Part shown: in pieces, positions 22,268-34,405 of the stretch
Position numbering within the stretch: position 1 is the stretch's first letter
Layout: every line of letters starts with the position of its first letter
NCBI RefSeq assembly: GCF_003334765.1
Contig: NZ_QOWT01000006.1
Source of the DNA: Escherichia coli
GTDB taxonomy: Bacteria > Pseudomonadota > Gammaproteobacteria > Enterobacterales > Enterobacteriaceae
Reading direction: 5' to 3' (one strand)
Length of the DNA: 64,000 bases
Program-made: the position numbers and the translations under genes
The notes under the pieces: generated by a model
Told to the model about the DNA's origin: nothing
Database searches by the model: none
What the model saw: the letters and a program-made list of their open reading frames with translations, nothing else

Positions 22268-23229
22268 TTATCTTCACCTTACGCCGCATTTTGTTATTGA
22301 TTGTCACCTTGTTCCTGCTGACCTTCGTTGGCTTCAGCTTGAGCTATTTCACCCCTCATGCGCCGTTACAAGGCGCGTCACTGTGGAATGCCTGGGTGTT
22401 CTGGTTTAACGGCCTGATCCACTGGGATTTTGGTGTTTCCAGCATTAACGGTCAACCGATTGCCGAACAGTTAAAAGAGGTCTTCCCGGCGACGATGGAA
22501 CTGTGCATCCTCGCCTTCGGTTTTGCGCTGATTGTTGGCATCCCCGTGGGGATGATTGCCGGGATTACGCGCCATAAGTGGCAGGATAACTTGATCAACG
22601 CCATCGCCTTACTGGGCTTTTCAATCCCGGTGTTCTGGCTGGCGCTTCTGTTGACGCTGTTTTGTTCACTCACGCTAGGTTGGTTGCCCGTTTCAGGGCG
22701 TTTCGATCTGCTCTACGAAGTGAAACCGATTACCGGTTTTGCGTTGATTGATGCCTGGCTTTCGGACTCACCATGGCGGGATGAAATGATCATGAGCGCA
22801 ATCCGCCATATGATATTGCCCGTGATCACCCTGTCGGTTGCGCCAACAACTGAAGTGATCCGCCTGATGCGTATCAGCACTATCGAAGTGTATGACCAGA
22901 ACTATGTAAAAGCGGCGGCGACCCGCGGTTTGTCGCGCTTTACTATTTTGCGTCGCCACGTTCTGCATAACGCGTTACCGCCGGTTATTCCTCGCCTGGG
23001 CTTACAGTTTTCCACCATGCTGACGCTGGCGATGATCACCGAAATGGTTTTTAGCTGGCCGGGTTTAGGGCGCTGGTTAATTAACGCCATCCGCCAGCAG
23101 GATTACGCAGCCATTTCCGCCGGAGTGATGGTGTGTGGCTCACTGGTCATTATTGTTAACGTGATTTCTGATATTTTGGGTGCCATGGCTAACCCTCTGA
23201 AACATAAGGAATGGTATGCCTTACGATAG
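22264..23229 (+). CDS. sapB: ABC transporter permease
   Basis: 321-aa membrane ORF; 4-bp overlap with sapA. Confidence 0.95.
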
Positions 23230-24106
23230 CGTATACAGCGAAAAGCGCCCGCCGGGCACGCTGCGTACCGCCTGGCGCAAATTTTATAGTGACGCCTCTG
23301 CGATGGTCGGCCTGTACGGCTGCGCGGGGCTGGCTGTACTGTGTATTTTTGGCGGCTGGTTTGCGCCTTACGGCATCGACCAGCAATTTCTCGGTTATCA
23401 ATTATTGCCGCCGTCATGGTCGCGCTATGGCGAAGTTTCTTTCTTCCTGGGGACTGACGACCTCGGACGCGATGTTTTAAGCCGTTTACTGAGCGGAGCT
23501 GCGCCAACCGTGGGTGGCGCATTTGTGGTGACGCTTGCCGCGACGATCTGTGGCCTGGTACTGGGCACCTTCGCCGGGGCGACACACGGCCTCCGCTCAG
23601 CGGTGCTTAACCATATTCTGGATACCTTACTGGCGATCCCTTCGCTGCTGTTGGCAATTATCGTTGTAGCGTTTGCCGGACCGAGTTTGTCCCACGCTAT
23701 GTTTGCTGTCTGGCTGGCATTGCTGCCGCGTATGGTACGTTCGATTTACAGCATGGTGCATGACGAACTGGAAAAAGAGTACGTTATCGCCGCCCGTCTG
23801 GATGGCGCATCAACGCTGAATATTCTCTGGTTTGCTGTGATGCCAAACATCACCGCCGGGCTGGTCACCGAGATCACCCGCGCACTGTCGATGGCAATTC
23901 TCGATATCGCCGCGCTGGGCTTTCTCGATCTCGGCGCACAACTCCCCTCGCCTGAATGGGGAGCGATGCTCGGTGATGCGCTGGAACTGATTTATGTCGC
24001 CCCGTGGACTGTCATGCTGCCAGGTGCGGCAATTATGATTAGCGTGTTGTTGGTTAACCTCCTTGGCGATGGCGTTCGTCGTGCGATTATTGCGGGGGTG
24101 GAATAA
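23216..24106 (+). CDS. sapC: ABC transporter permease
   Basis: 296-aa membrane ORF; 14-bp overlap with sapB. Confidence 0.95.
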
Positions 24107-25098
24107 TGCCATTACTCGATATTCGTAACCTGACCATTGAATTTAAAACCGGTGATGAGTGGGTTAAAGCCGTCGACCGGGTAAGTATGACCTTAACCGA
24201 AGGTGAAATCCGCGGTCTTGTTGGTGAATCCGGTTCCGGCAAGAGTTTGATTGCGAAAGCGATTTGTGGGGTGAATAAAGATAACTGGCGTGTTACTGCT
24301 GACCGTATGCGTTTTGATGATATCGATTTGCTGCGTCTCTCCGCACGCGAACGGCGCAAACTGGTTGGCCATAACGTGTCGATGATTTTCCAGGAACCGC
24401 AGTCGTGTCTTGACCCTTCAGAACGTGTGGGCCGCCAGTTGATGCAAAACATCCCAGCCTGGACCTATAAAGGCCGTTGGTGGCAGCGTTTTGGCTGGCG
24501 CAAACGCCGTGCCATTGAACTGCTGCACCGCGTGGGGATTAAAGATCACAAAGATGCGATGCGCAGTTTTCCCTATGAGTTGACCGAAGGTGAATGTCAG
24601 AAAGTGATGATAGCCATTGCACTGGCGAATCAACCGCGTCTGCTGATTGCTGACGAACCGACCAACTCAATGGAGCCAACAACCCAGGCGCAAATCTTTC
24701 GCCTGCTGACGCGTCTCAACCAAAACAGCAATACCACTATTTTGCTTATCAGCCATGACTTACAAATGCTTAGCCAATGGGCGGATAAAATTAACGTGCT
24801 TTACTGCGGTCAAACAGTGGAAACCGCGCCGAGTAAGGAGTTGGTGACGATGCCACATCATCCTTATACCCAGGCGCTGATCCGCGCGATACCAGACTTC
24901 GGCAGCGCGATGCCGCATAAAAGTCGCCTCAATACGCTGCCCGGCGCTATCCCACTGCTGGAACAGTTACCGATTGGTTGTCGTCTGGGGCCACGTTGCC
25001 CGTATGCACAACGAGAATGCATTGTGACGCCACGTTTGACGGGGGCGAAAAATCATCTCTATGCCTGTCATTTCCCGCTGAACATGGAGAAAGAGTGA
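24106..25098 (+). CDS. sapD: ABC transporter ATP-binding protein
   Basis: 330-aa ORF with Walker A (GESGSGKS). Confidence 0.95.
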
Positions 25099-25099
25099 G

Positions 25100-25906
25100 A
25101 TGATCGAAACGCTGCTTGAAGTGCGTAATTTAAGTAAAACGTTCCGCTACCGGACCGGCTGGTTTCGTCGTCAGACCGTAGAAGCGGTAAAACCCTTGAG
25201 CTTTACGCTACGTGAAGGCCAGACACTGGCGATTATTGGCGAGAATGGTTCGGGTAAATCCACGCTGGCAAAAATGCTGGCGGGAATGATAGAGCCTACC
25301 AGCGGCGAGTTATTGATTGACGATCATCCACTGCATTTTGGCGATTATTCCTTCCGCAGTCAGCGTATTCGCATGATTTTTCAGGATCCTTCGACCTCGT
25401 TGAATCCCCGTCAACGTATCTCGCAAATTCTGGATTTTCCACTGCGCCTGAACACCGACCTGGAACCGGAACAGCGTCGCAAACAGATTATTGAAACGAT
25501 GCGTATGGTTGGGCTGCTACCGGATCACGTCAGTTACTATCCGCATATGTTGGCACCCGGACAAAAACAGCGTCTGGGTCTGGCGCGCGCGCTGATATTG
25601 CGCCCAAAAGTCATTATTGCCGATGAAGCCCTCGCTTCACTGGATATGTCGATGCGTTCGCAGTTGATTAATCTGATGCTGGAATTACAGGAAAAACAGG
25701 GCATTTCGTATATTTATGTTACCCAGCATATCGGAATGATGAAGCACATTAGCGACCAGGTGCTGGTGATGCATCAGGGCGAGGTTGTCGAGCGAGGCAG
25801 CACCGCGGATGTGCTGGCATCGCCGCTGCATGAACTCACCAAACGGCTGATTGCCGGTCATTTTGGCGAGGCATTGACGGCGGATGCGTGGCGTAAAGAT
25901 CGCTAA
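25100..25906 (+). CDS. sapF: ABC transporter ATP-binding protein
   Basis: 268-aa ORF with Walker A (GENGSGKST). Confidence 0.95.
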   Translation: MIETLLEVRNLSKTFRYRTGWFRRQTVEAVKPLSFTLREGQTLAIIGENGSGKSTLAKMLAGMIEPTSGELLIDDHPLHFGDYSFRSQRIRMIFQDPSTSLNPRQRISQILDFPLRLNTDLEPEQRRKQIIETMRMVGLLPDHVSYYPHMLAPGQKQRLGLARALILRPKVIIADEALASLDMSMRSQLINLMLELQEKQGISYIYVTQHIGMMKHISDQVLVMHQGEVVERGSTADVLASPLHELTKRLIAGHFGEALTADAWRKDR

Positions 25907-25932
25907 TTTTCTGAATCCTCCTTCCAGATTAT

Positions 25933-25977
25933 TCACCTCATTCTGACAAAAGATTAAATCTTGTCAGAATGAGGTGA
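25933..25977. repeat. 17-bp perfect inverted repeat (tcacctcattctgacaa / ttgtcagaatgaggtga) with 11-nt spacer
   Basis: Read directly from sequence; right arm overlaps the GTG start of ycjD. Confidence 0.8.
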
Positions 25978-26327
25978 TAGATAAAATTAAATCAAATGCG
26001 CGTGATTTAAGACGCAATCTCACTTTGCAGGAACGAAAGCTCTGGCGATATCTTCGCAGCCGACGTTTTAGTGATTTCAAATTTCGCCGTCAACATCCAG
26101 TGGGGAGCTACATTCTCGATTTTGCTTGCTGCTCGGCGCGTGTAGTCGTTGAGCTGGATGGTGGGCAGCATGATTTAGCAGTTGCCTATGATTCCAGGCG
26201 CACTAGCTGGCTTGAGTCGCAGGGCTGGACCGTGCTGCGTTTCTGGAATAACGAGATTGATTGTAATGAGGAGACGGTGCTGGAGAATATTCTGCAGGAA
26301 CTGAACCGCCGGTCACCCTCTCCCTGA
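25974..26327 (+). CDS. ycjD: DUF559 family protein (Vsr-like endonuclease fold)
   Basis: 117-aa ORF MIDKIKSNARDLRRNLTLQERKLWRYLRSRRFSDFKFRRQHPVGSYILDF...; start is GTG. Confidence 0.85.
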   Translation: MIDKIKSNARDLRRNLTLQERKLWRYLRSRRFSDFKFRRQHPVGSYILDFACCSARVVVELDGGQHDLAVAYDSRRTSWLESQGWTVLRFWNNEIDCNEETVLENILQELNRRSPSP

Positions 26328-26376
26328 AAGAGCGAGGGGGCAGACCGAGCCGAATAGCTGTTGTGGTGAAAACATG

Positions 26377-26450
26377 GAGACGGTGCTGGAGAATATTCGG
26401 CAAGGTCTGAACCGTCCCAGCCATCGCCATGAAAGGGTTAGGGGCTGTAT
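26377..26450 (+). repeat. degenerate tandem copy of the ycjD 3' end
   Basis: gagacggtgctggagaatattc... recurs about 106 bp downstream of its first occurrence at 26271 and aligns to the ycjD tail at roughly 75% identity. Confidence 0.6.
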
Positions 26451-26694
26451 GAGCCTGTTTGTTGCTGGGGTAACAATATTTGCACAATACGGTCCCCTCG
26501 CCCCTCTGGGGAGAGGGTTAGGGTGAGGGGAAAAGCGCCCCCCCTGCCGCAGCCTGCTCCGGTCGGACCTGGCAACTATAGCTACTCACAGCCAGGTTGA
26601 TTATAATAACCGTTTATCTGTTCGTACTGTTTACTAAAACGACGAATCGCCTGATTTTCAGGCACAACAAGCATCAACAATAAGGATTAAAGCT

Positions 26695-27483
26695 ATGGGT
26701 TTTCTTTCCGGTAAGCGCATTCTGGTAACCGGTGTTGCCAGCAAACTATCCATCGCCTACGGTATCGCTCAGGCGATGCACCGCGAAGGAGCTGAACTGG
26801 CATTCACCTACCAGAACGACAAACTGAAAGGCCGCGTAGAAGAATTTGCCGCTCAATTGGGTTCTGACATCGTTCTGCAGTGCGATGTTGCAGAAGATGC
26901 CAGCATCGACACCATGTTCGCTGAACTGGGGAAAGTTTGGCCGAAATTTGACGGTTTCGTACACTCTATTGGTTTTGCACCTGGCGATCAGCTGGATGGT
27001 GACTATGTTAACGCCGTTACCCGTGAAGGCTTCAAAATTGCCCACGACATCAGCTCCTACAGCTTCGTTGCAATGGCAAAAGCTTGCCGCTCCATGCTGA
27101 ATCCGGGTTCTGCCCTGCTGACCCTTTCCTACCTTGGCGCTGAGCGCGCTATCCCGAACTACAACGTTATGGGTCTGGCAAAAGCGTCTCTGGAAGCGAA
27201 CGTGCGCTATATGGCGAACGCGATGGGTCCGGAAGGTGTGCGTGTTAACGCCATCTCTGCTGGTCCGATCCGTACTCTGGCGGCCTCCGGTATCAAAGAC
27301 TTCCGCAAAATGCTGGCTCATTGCGAAGCCGTTACCCCGATTCGCCGTACCGTTACTATTGAAGATGTGGGTAACTCTGCGGCATTCCTGTGCTCCGATC
27401 TCTCTGCCGGTATCTCCGGTGAAGTGGTCCACGTTGACGGCGGTTTCAGCATTGCTGCAATGAACGAACTCGAACTGAAATAA
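26695..27483 (+). CDS. fabI: enoyl-[acyl-carrier-protein] reductase (NADH)
   Basis: 262-aa [54 protein letters not shown]...; SD aagga upstream. Confidence 0.97.
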
Positions 27484-27503
27484 TCGTTCTGTTGGTAAAG
27501 ATG

Positions 27504-27530
27504 GGCGGCGTTCTGCCGCCCGTTATCTCT
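27504..27530 (+). terminator. candidate terminator after fabI
   Basis: gggcggc-gttc-tgccgccc hairpin followed by a T-containing tract. Confidence 0.5.
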
Positions 27531-27626
27531 GTTATACCTTTCTGATATTTGTTATCGCCGATCCGTCTTTCTCCCCTTCCCGCCTTGCGTCAGGATAACG
27601 ATTTCCTTTACGACCAAGGAGCGCCC

Positions 27627-28754
27627 ATGGAACAACGCCACATCACCGGCAAAAGCCACTGGTATCATGAAACGCAATCCAGTACTACGGAGTATGACGT
27701 TCTGCCTCTGGTCCCGGAAGCCGCAAAGGTCAGCGATCCCTTTCTACTCGACGTGATCCTTGAAAAAGAAACGCTGGCCCCCTTCCTTTCATGGCTGGAC
27801 CCTGCGCGTGTTCTTGCAGTGGATTTGTTCCCTGACCAGCTTACCGTGACCCGTTCACAGACCTTCACCGCTTATGAACGCTTGTCGACGGCCCTGACGG
27901 TTGCTCAGGTTTGCGGCGTCCAGCGGTTATGTAACTACTATTCGGCGCGACTTACGCCGCTCCCCGGGCCTGATTCCACCAGGGAAAGTAATCATCGGTT
28001 GGCACAAATCACGCAATATGCCCGCCAACTGGCTAGCTCGCCTTCTATTATCGACAACCGATCGCGCCAGCATCTGAATGACGTCGGTCTTACTGCCTGG
28101 GACTGTGTGATCATTAGCCAAATCATTGGTTTTATTGGCTTTCAGGCGCGGACAATTGCGACATTTCAGGCTTATCTCGGGCATCCGGTACGCTGGTTAC
28201 CCGGGCTGGAGATACAAAACTACGCCGACGCGTCACTGTTTGCTGATGAATCATTACGCTGGCGAAGCAGCTATGAGGTGGAAAAACTACCTGAAGAGCA
28301 CACAAAAAGTTCAACTGCAGAACTTTGCCAACTGGCCGAAATACTCTCTCTCCACCCTATTTCACTTTCCCTTCTCGAAAAGTTGTTAAACAGCACACGG
28401 GGCAATACACAGCCGGATAATCAGCTTGCGGCGTTGTTATGCGCGCGTATAAATGGCAGTCCTGCTTGTTTTGCCACCTGTATGGATTCATCAAATGAAT
28501 ATAAAAAAATCAGCACCCTTATGCGCAAGGGCGAAAATGAAATTAACCAATGGGCTGACCGTCATTCTGTTGAGCGCGCTACCGTTCAGGCGATACAATG
28601 GCTGACCCGAGCACCCGATCGCTTTAGCGCCGCCCAGTTCAGCCCTTTACTCGAACACGAAAAATCATCAACGCAGATTATTAATCTGCTGGTATGGAGC
28701 GGGCTGTGTGGCTGGATAAATCGCTTAAAAATCGCGTTGGGTGAGACATATTAA
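27627..28754 (+). CDS. yciW: CMD-domain (carboxymuconolactone-decarboxylase-like) protein of unknown function
   Basis: ORF track 27549..28754; internal ATG start [19 protein letters not shown]... with SD aagga (375 aa). Confidence 0.88.
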
Positions 28755-28821
28755 CCTTGCCGCGTCAGACAGATTCGCGTAAAACTGTCAGCCGCTCTAA
28801 TGGCCACCAAAATAGACAATT

Positions 28822-30756
28822 ATGTTTCAGGACAACCCGCTGCTAGCGCAGCTTAAACAGCAACTGCATTCCCAGACGCCACGCGCTGAAGGGGTGGTAA
28901 AAGCCACAGAAAAAGGCTTTGGCTTCCTGGAAGTCGACGCGCAAAAAAGTTATTTCATTCCGCCGCCGCAGATGAAAAAAGTCATGCATGGCGACCGAAT
29001 TATCGCGGTGATCCACAGTGAAAAAGAACGTGAATCCGCAGAGCCAGAAGAACTGGTTGAACCGTTCCTGACTCGTTTCGTGGGTAAGGTTCAGGGCAAA
29101 AATGACCGTCTGGCCATCGTTCCTGATCATCCACTCTTAAAAGACGCCATTCCTTGCCGCGCAGCCCGTGGCCTGAACCACGAGTTTAAAGAAGGCGACT
29201 GGGCGGTTGCCGAAATGCGCCGTCATCCGCTGAAAGGCGATCGTTCTTTCTATGCAGAACTGACACAATACATCACTTTTGGTGACGATCACTTTGTACC
29301 GTGGTGGGTTACCCTTGCACGCCATAATCTGGAAAAAGAAGCACCAGACGGCGTCGCTACCGAAATGCTCGATGAAGGTCTGGTTCGTGAAGATCTGACC
29401 GCGCTGGATTTTGTCACCATCGACAGTGCCAGCACAGAAGATATGGATGACGCCCTTTTCGCTAAGGCGTTGCCGGATGACAAACTTCAGCTGATTGTGG
29501 CGATTGCCGATCCAACCGCGTGGATTGCTGAAGGCAGCAAGCTGGACAAAGCCGCGAAAATTCGCGCATTCACCAACTATCTGCCTGGCTTCAACATCCC
29601 TATGCTGCCTCGCGAGCTTTCTGACGATCTCTGCTCACTGCGCGCCAATGAAGTCCGCCCGGTACTGGCATGCCGCATGACGCTCTCCGCTGATGGCACC
29701 ATTGAAGATAATATCGAATTCTTTGCCGCCACCATCGAATCCAAAGCAAAGCTGGTGTATGACCAGGTTTCTGACTGGCTGGAAAATACCGGTGACTGGC
29801 AGCCTGAAAGTGAAGCAATTGCCGAACAAGTCCGTTTGCTAGCGCAAATTTGCCAACGCCGCGGCGAGTGGCGTCATAACCACGCACTGGTGTTTAAAGA
29901 TCGCCCGGATTACCGCTTTATTCTCGGTGAAAAAGGTGAAGTGCTGGATATCGTCGCCGAGCCTCGTCGCATTGCCAACCGTATCGTCGAAGAAGCGATG
30001 ATTGCCGCTAACATTTGTGCGGCCCGCGTACTGCGCGATAAGCTCGGTTTTGGCATCTATAACGTGCATATGGGCTTTGATCCGGCGAATGCCGACGCGC
30101 TGGCAGCGTTGCTGAAAACGCACGGTCTGCATGTCGATGCCGAAGAAGTGCTCACGCTGGACGGTTTCTGCAAACTGCGTCGTGAACTGGACGCGCAACC
30201 AACTGGTTTCCTCGACAGCCGCATTCGTCGCTTCCAGTCATTTGCTGAAATTAGCACTGAACCCGGTCCTCACTTTGGCCTCGGTCTGGAAGCATACGCC
30301 ACCTGGACTTCGCCGATCCGTAAATATGGCGACATGATCAACCACCGTCTGCTGAAAGCGGTTATCAAAGGCGAAACTGCGACGCGCCCACAGGATGAAA
30401 TCACTGTCCAAATGGCCGAGCGTCGCCGTCTCAACCGGATGGCAGAACGTGATGTTGGTGACTGGTTATACGCACGCTTCCTGAAAGACAAAGCCGGGAC
30501 CGACACCCGTTTCGCAGCGGAAATTGTCGATATCAGCCGTGGCGGCATGCGTGTTCGTTTGGTTGATAACGGCGCTATCGCCTTTATTCCGGCACCTTTC
30601 TTACACGCTGTGCGCGATGAACTGGTTTGCAGCCAGGAAAACGGCACTGTACAAATTAAAGGTGAAACGGTTTACAAAGTGACTGACGTTATTGACGTCA
30701 CTATTGCCGAAGTCCGCATGGAAACCCGCAGCATTATTGCGCGCCCGGTCGCGTAA
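28822..30756 (+). CDS. rnb: exoribonuclease II
   Basis: 644-aa [41 protein letters not shown]... Confidence 0.95.
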
Positions 30757-30765
30757 TCTCCTTTC

Positions 30766-30798
30766 ACGGCCCATTCCTCATGGATGGGCCGTTTATTT
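30766..30798 (+). terminator. rho-independent terminator after rnb
   Basis: cggcccat-tcctca-tggatgggccg hairpin followed by tttattt. Confidence 0.65.
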
Positions 30799-30991
30799 CC
30801 CCGCTCTACCTTCGTTATATCCAGGCAGATTTTTTAACTGACTTTCGTTTGAAAACTGGCGTTTTTCCAAAACTGGATTACAAATAAATATATAAAAAAA
30901 ACAATGCGTTTAGCCGCCGTTAATTTCATGTAAGTCATGTTGTTCCTTTTATTTAACCGCGGACTCCGCTGTTAACCGGAGGATATGCATC

Positions 30992-32977
30992 ATGAAAACC
31001 GTTAGGGAGTCCACAACGTTGTACAACTTTCTCGGATCGCACAATCCATACTGGCGGTTGACGGAAAGCAGCGATGTTTTGCGCTTTTCTACCACCGAAA
31101 CCACAGAACCTGATCGTACATTGCAGTTATCTGCCGAACAGGCTGCTCGCATCAGGGAAATGACGGTCATCACCTCCAGCCTGATGATGAGTCTGACCGT
31201 CGATGAAAGCGATCTTTCTGTGCATCTGGTAGGACGAAAAATCAATAAACGGGAATGGGCTGGCAACGCGTCTGCATGGCATGACACACCGGCGGTTGCT
31301 CGTGATTTATCACACGGGCTTTCCTTTGCTGAGCAGGTAGTTTCTGAAGCACATTCCGCAATAGTGATTCTCGACAGCCGGGGGAATATCCAACGCTTCA
31401 ATCGGTTATGTGAAGATTACACAGGGTTGAAAGAACACGACGTCATTGGGCAAAGCGTGTTTAAACTGTTTATGAGCCGTCGTGAAGCTGCGGCATCCAG
31501 GCGCAATAACCGTGTATTTTTTCGAAGCGGCAATGCATATGAAGTCGAACTGTGGATACCAACATGTAAAGGCCAGCGGCTGTTTCTGTTTCGCAATAAA
31601 TTTGTCCACAGCGGCAGTGGCAAAAACGAGATTTTTTTAATCTGTTCCGGCACCGACATTACCGAAGAGCGCCGCGCTCAGGAGCGACTGCGTATTCTGG
31701 CAAATACCGACAGTATCACCGGACTGCCGAATCGTAACGCAATGCAGGATTTAATCGATCACGCTATTAATCATGCAGATAACAATAAAGTTGGGGTTGT
31801 GTATCTTGATTTGGATAATTTCAAAAAGGTCAACGACGCCTATGGGCATTTGTTTGGTGACCAGTTATTACGCGACGTGTCATTGGCTATTTTAAGCTGT
31901 CTCGAACATGACCAGGTGTTGGCGCGTCCAGGTGGGGATGAGTTTCTGGTACTGGCATCCAACACCTCACAAAGCGCGCTGGAAGCAATGGCATCACGAA
32001 TTTTGACCCGCTTACGGCTCCCCTTTCGCATTGGTTTAATTGAAGTTTATACCAGCTGTTCAGTAGGTATTGCACTCTCTCCCGAACATGGTTCAGACAG
32101 CACGGCTATTATTCGTCACGCCGACACAGCAATGTACACAGCGAAGGAAGGCGGACGAGGACAATTTTGCGTTTTTACCCCAGAAATGAATCAACGGGTA
32201 TTTGAATATCTCTGGCTGGATACCAACTTGCGTAAAGCACTGGAAAACGATCAGTTGGTTATTCACTATCAACCGAAAATCACCTGGCGTGGCGAAGTGC
32301 GCAGTCTGGAAGCACTAGTACGTTGGCAGTCACCTGAACGTGGGTTGATTCCACCGTTGGACTTCATTTCCTACGCCGAAGAGTCAGGGCTAATTGTGCC
32401 TTTAGGCCGTTGGGTGATTCTCGATGTCGTACGCCAGGTGGCAAAGTGGCGGGATAAAGGCATAAACCTGCGAGTGGCGGTAAATATTTCTGCACGTCAG
32501 CTCGCCGATCAAACCATTTTCACCGCCCTGAAACAGGTTCTCCAGGAACTCAATTTTGAATACTGCCCTATAGATGTTGAACTGACAGAGAGTTGTCTGA
32601 TTGAGAATGATGAACTGGCACTGTCTGTTATTCAACAATTTAGCCAACTAGGTGCGCAAGTGCATCTGGATGATTTTGGTACCGGCTACTCTTCACTTTC
32701 GCAACTGGCGCGCTTTCCGATCGATGCCATCAAACTTGACCAGGTTTTTGTTCGAGATATTCACAAACAACCTGTCTCGCAGTCACTGGTCCGGGCGATC
32801 GTCGCTGTGGCCCAGGCATTGAATCTTCAGGTGATCGCCGAAGGTGTAGAGAGTGCAAAGGAAGATGCTTTTTTAACCAAGAACGGGATCAATGAGCGGC
32901 AAGGATTTTTGTTTGCCAAACCGATGCCCGCCGTCGCCTTCGAACGCTGGTATAAACGCTATCTGAAGCGCGCATAA
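30992..32977 (+). CDS. pdeR: GGDEF-EAL cyclic-di-GMP phosphodiesterase (PAS-GGDEF-EAL)
   Basis: 661-aa ORF with GGDEF-type (GGDEF variant) and EAL regions; recognised as YciR/PdeR. Confidence 0.93.
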   Translation: MKTVRESTTLYNFLGSHNPYWRLTESSDVLRFSTTETTEPDRTLQLSAEQAARIREMTVITSSLMMSLTVDESDLSVHLVGRKINKREWAGNASAWHDTPAVARDLSHGLSFAEQVVSEAHSAIVILDSRGNIQRFNRLCEDYTGLKEHDVIGQSVFKLFMSRREAAASRRNNRVFFRSGNAYEVELWIPTCKGQRLFLFRNKFVHSGSGKNEIFLICSGTDITEERRAQERLRILANTDSITGLPNRNAMQDLIDHAINHADNNKVGVVYLDLDNFKKVNDAYGHLFGDQLLRDVSLAILSCLEHDQVLARPGGDEFLVLASNTSQSALEAMASRILTRLRLPFRIGLIEVYTSCSVGIALSPEHGSDSTAIIRHADTAMYTAKEGGRGQFCVFTPEMNQRVFEYLWLDTNLRKALENDQLVIHYQPKITWRGEVRSLEALVRWQSPERGLIPPLDFISYAEESGLIVPLGRWVILDVVRQVAKWRDKGINLRVAVNISARQLADQTIFTALKQVLQELNFEYCPIDVELTESCLIENDELALSVIQQFSQLGAQVHLDDFGTGYSSLSQLARFPIDAIKLDQVFVRDIHKQPVSQSLVRAIVAVAQALNLQVIAEGVESAKEDAFLTKNGINERQGFLFAKPMPAVAFERWYKRYLKRA

Positions 32978-33124
32978 GTAGATGAATATATATACTTAGC
33001 GCTATATCCCGTCATTATATATCGTATTCCTGGATGATAATTAGCCGTTGCTGTTAAACACTTCTCTTTTAGCGGCAATTTTTGCATTATTCATTTTCCC
33101 CCTTTTGCTATAAGGATGTCCTTG

Positions 33125-33298
33125 ATGTCTGAATTTGATGCCCAGCGCGTTGCCGAACGTATTGATATTGTGTTAGATATCCTTGTGGCAGGCGATTACC
33201 ACTCTGCGATCCATAATCTCGAGATACTTAAAGCAGAACTCTTGCGCCAGGTTGCTGAATCTACGCCAGACATCCCGAAGGCACCGTGGGAGATTTAA
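33125..33298 (+). CDS. yciZ: UPF0509 small protein
   Basis: ORF track 33116..33298; start placed at second ATG ([57 protein letters not shown], 57 aa), which has proper SD spacing. Confidence 0.75.
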
Positions 33299-33387
33299 CA
33301 ATCGTGCCTTCAGGTTTTCCTATTTGAGGATGCCCGGCGCGTCAGTATTTTTTTATTAAGTATTATAACGTTATAAGAATTACAGCG

Positions 33388-34137
33388 ATGAATTCCCGAC
33401 AACAAACTATTCTACAGATGGTCATTGACCAGGGTCAGGTTAGCGTAACCGATCTGGCAAAAGCCACTGGAGTTTCTGAAGTTACCATTCGCCAGGATCT
33501 CAACACACTCGAAAAACTGAGTTACCTCCGCCGTGCACATGGCTTTGCTGTTTCGCTTGATAGTGATGACGTCGAAACCCGTATGATGAGCAACTATACG
33601 CTGAAGCGTGAACTCGCCGAGTTTGCCGCGTCGCTGGTTCAACCGGGCGAAACCATCTTTATCGAAAATGGCAGCAGCAATGCCCTACTCGCCCGGACTC
33701 TGGGCGAGCAGAAGAAAAATGTCACTATCATCACGGTCAGCAGCTACATCGCGCATTTGCTGAAAGACGCGCCTTGTGAAGTTATTTTGCTCGGTGGCGT
33801 GTATCAGAAAAAAAGCGAAAGTATGGTTGGCCCTTTGACACGCCAGTGCATCCAACAGGTGCATTTCAGCAAAGCATTTATTGGTATTGATGGCTGGCAA
33901 CCTGAAACTGGATTTACCGGTCGCGATATGATGCGTACCGATGTGGTCAATGCCGTGCTGGAAAAAGAGTGCGAAGCGATAGTCCTGACTGACAGCTCGA
34001 AATTTGGTGCTGTACATTCATACTCCATCGGTCCCGTTGAGCGATTCAATCGCGTGATTACCGATTCGAAAATACGCGCCAGCGATCTGATGCATCTTGA
34101 GCACAGTAAACTCACCGTTCACGTCGTTGACATTTAA
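33388..34137 (+). CDS. yciT: DeoR-family transcriptional regulator
   Basis: 249-aa ORF with N-terminal HTH. Confidence 0.9.
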   Translation: MNSRQQTILQMVIDQGQVSVTDLAKATGVSEVTIRQDLNTLEKLSYLRRAHGFAVSLDSDDVETRMMSNYTLKRELAEFAASLVQPGETIFIENGSSNALLARTLGEQKKNVTIITVSSYIAHLLKDAPCEVILLGGVYQKKSESMVGPLTRQCIQQVHFSKAFIGIDGWQPETGFTGRDMMRTDVVNAVLEKECEAIVLTDSSKFGAVHSYSIGPVERFNRVITDSKIRASDLMHLEHSKLTVHVVDI

Positions 34138-34153
34138 CCATTTCCCTTCTCTA

Positions 34154-34183
34154 CGGATGATTTGCAGTTTGGCAAATCATCCG
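34154..34183. other. 12-bp perfect palindrome (cggatgatttgc / gcaaatcatccg) downstream of yciT
   Basis: Read from sequence; no adjacent T run. Confidence 0.5.
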
Positions 34184-34405
34184 CTCTAAGATGATTCCTG
34201 GTTGATAATTAAGACTATTTACCTGTTATTAACACTCTCAAGATATAAAATTATTATCAGCGATATAACAGGAAGTCATTATCACCTGCGTGATATAACC
34301 CTGCGCGCGAGCAGATTTCACGGAATAATTTCACCAGGCTTATTCTTAGCTATTATAGTTATAGAGAGCTTACTTCCGTGAATCATAAATTCAGGAGAGA
34401 GTATT

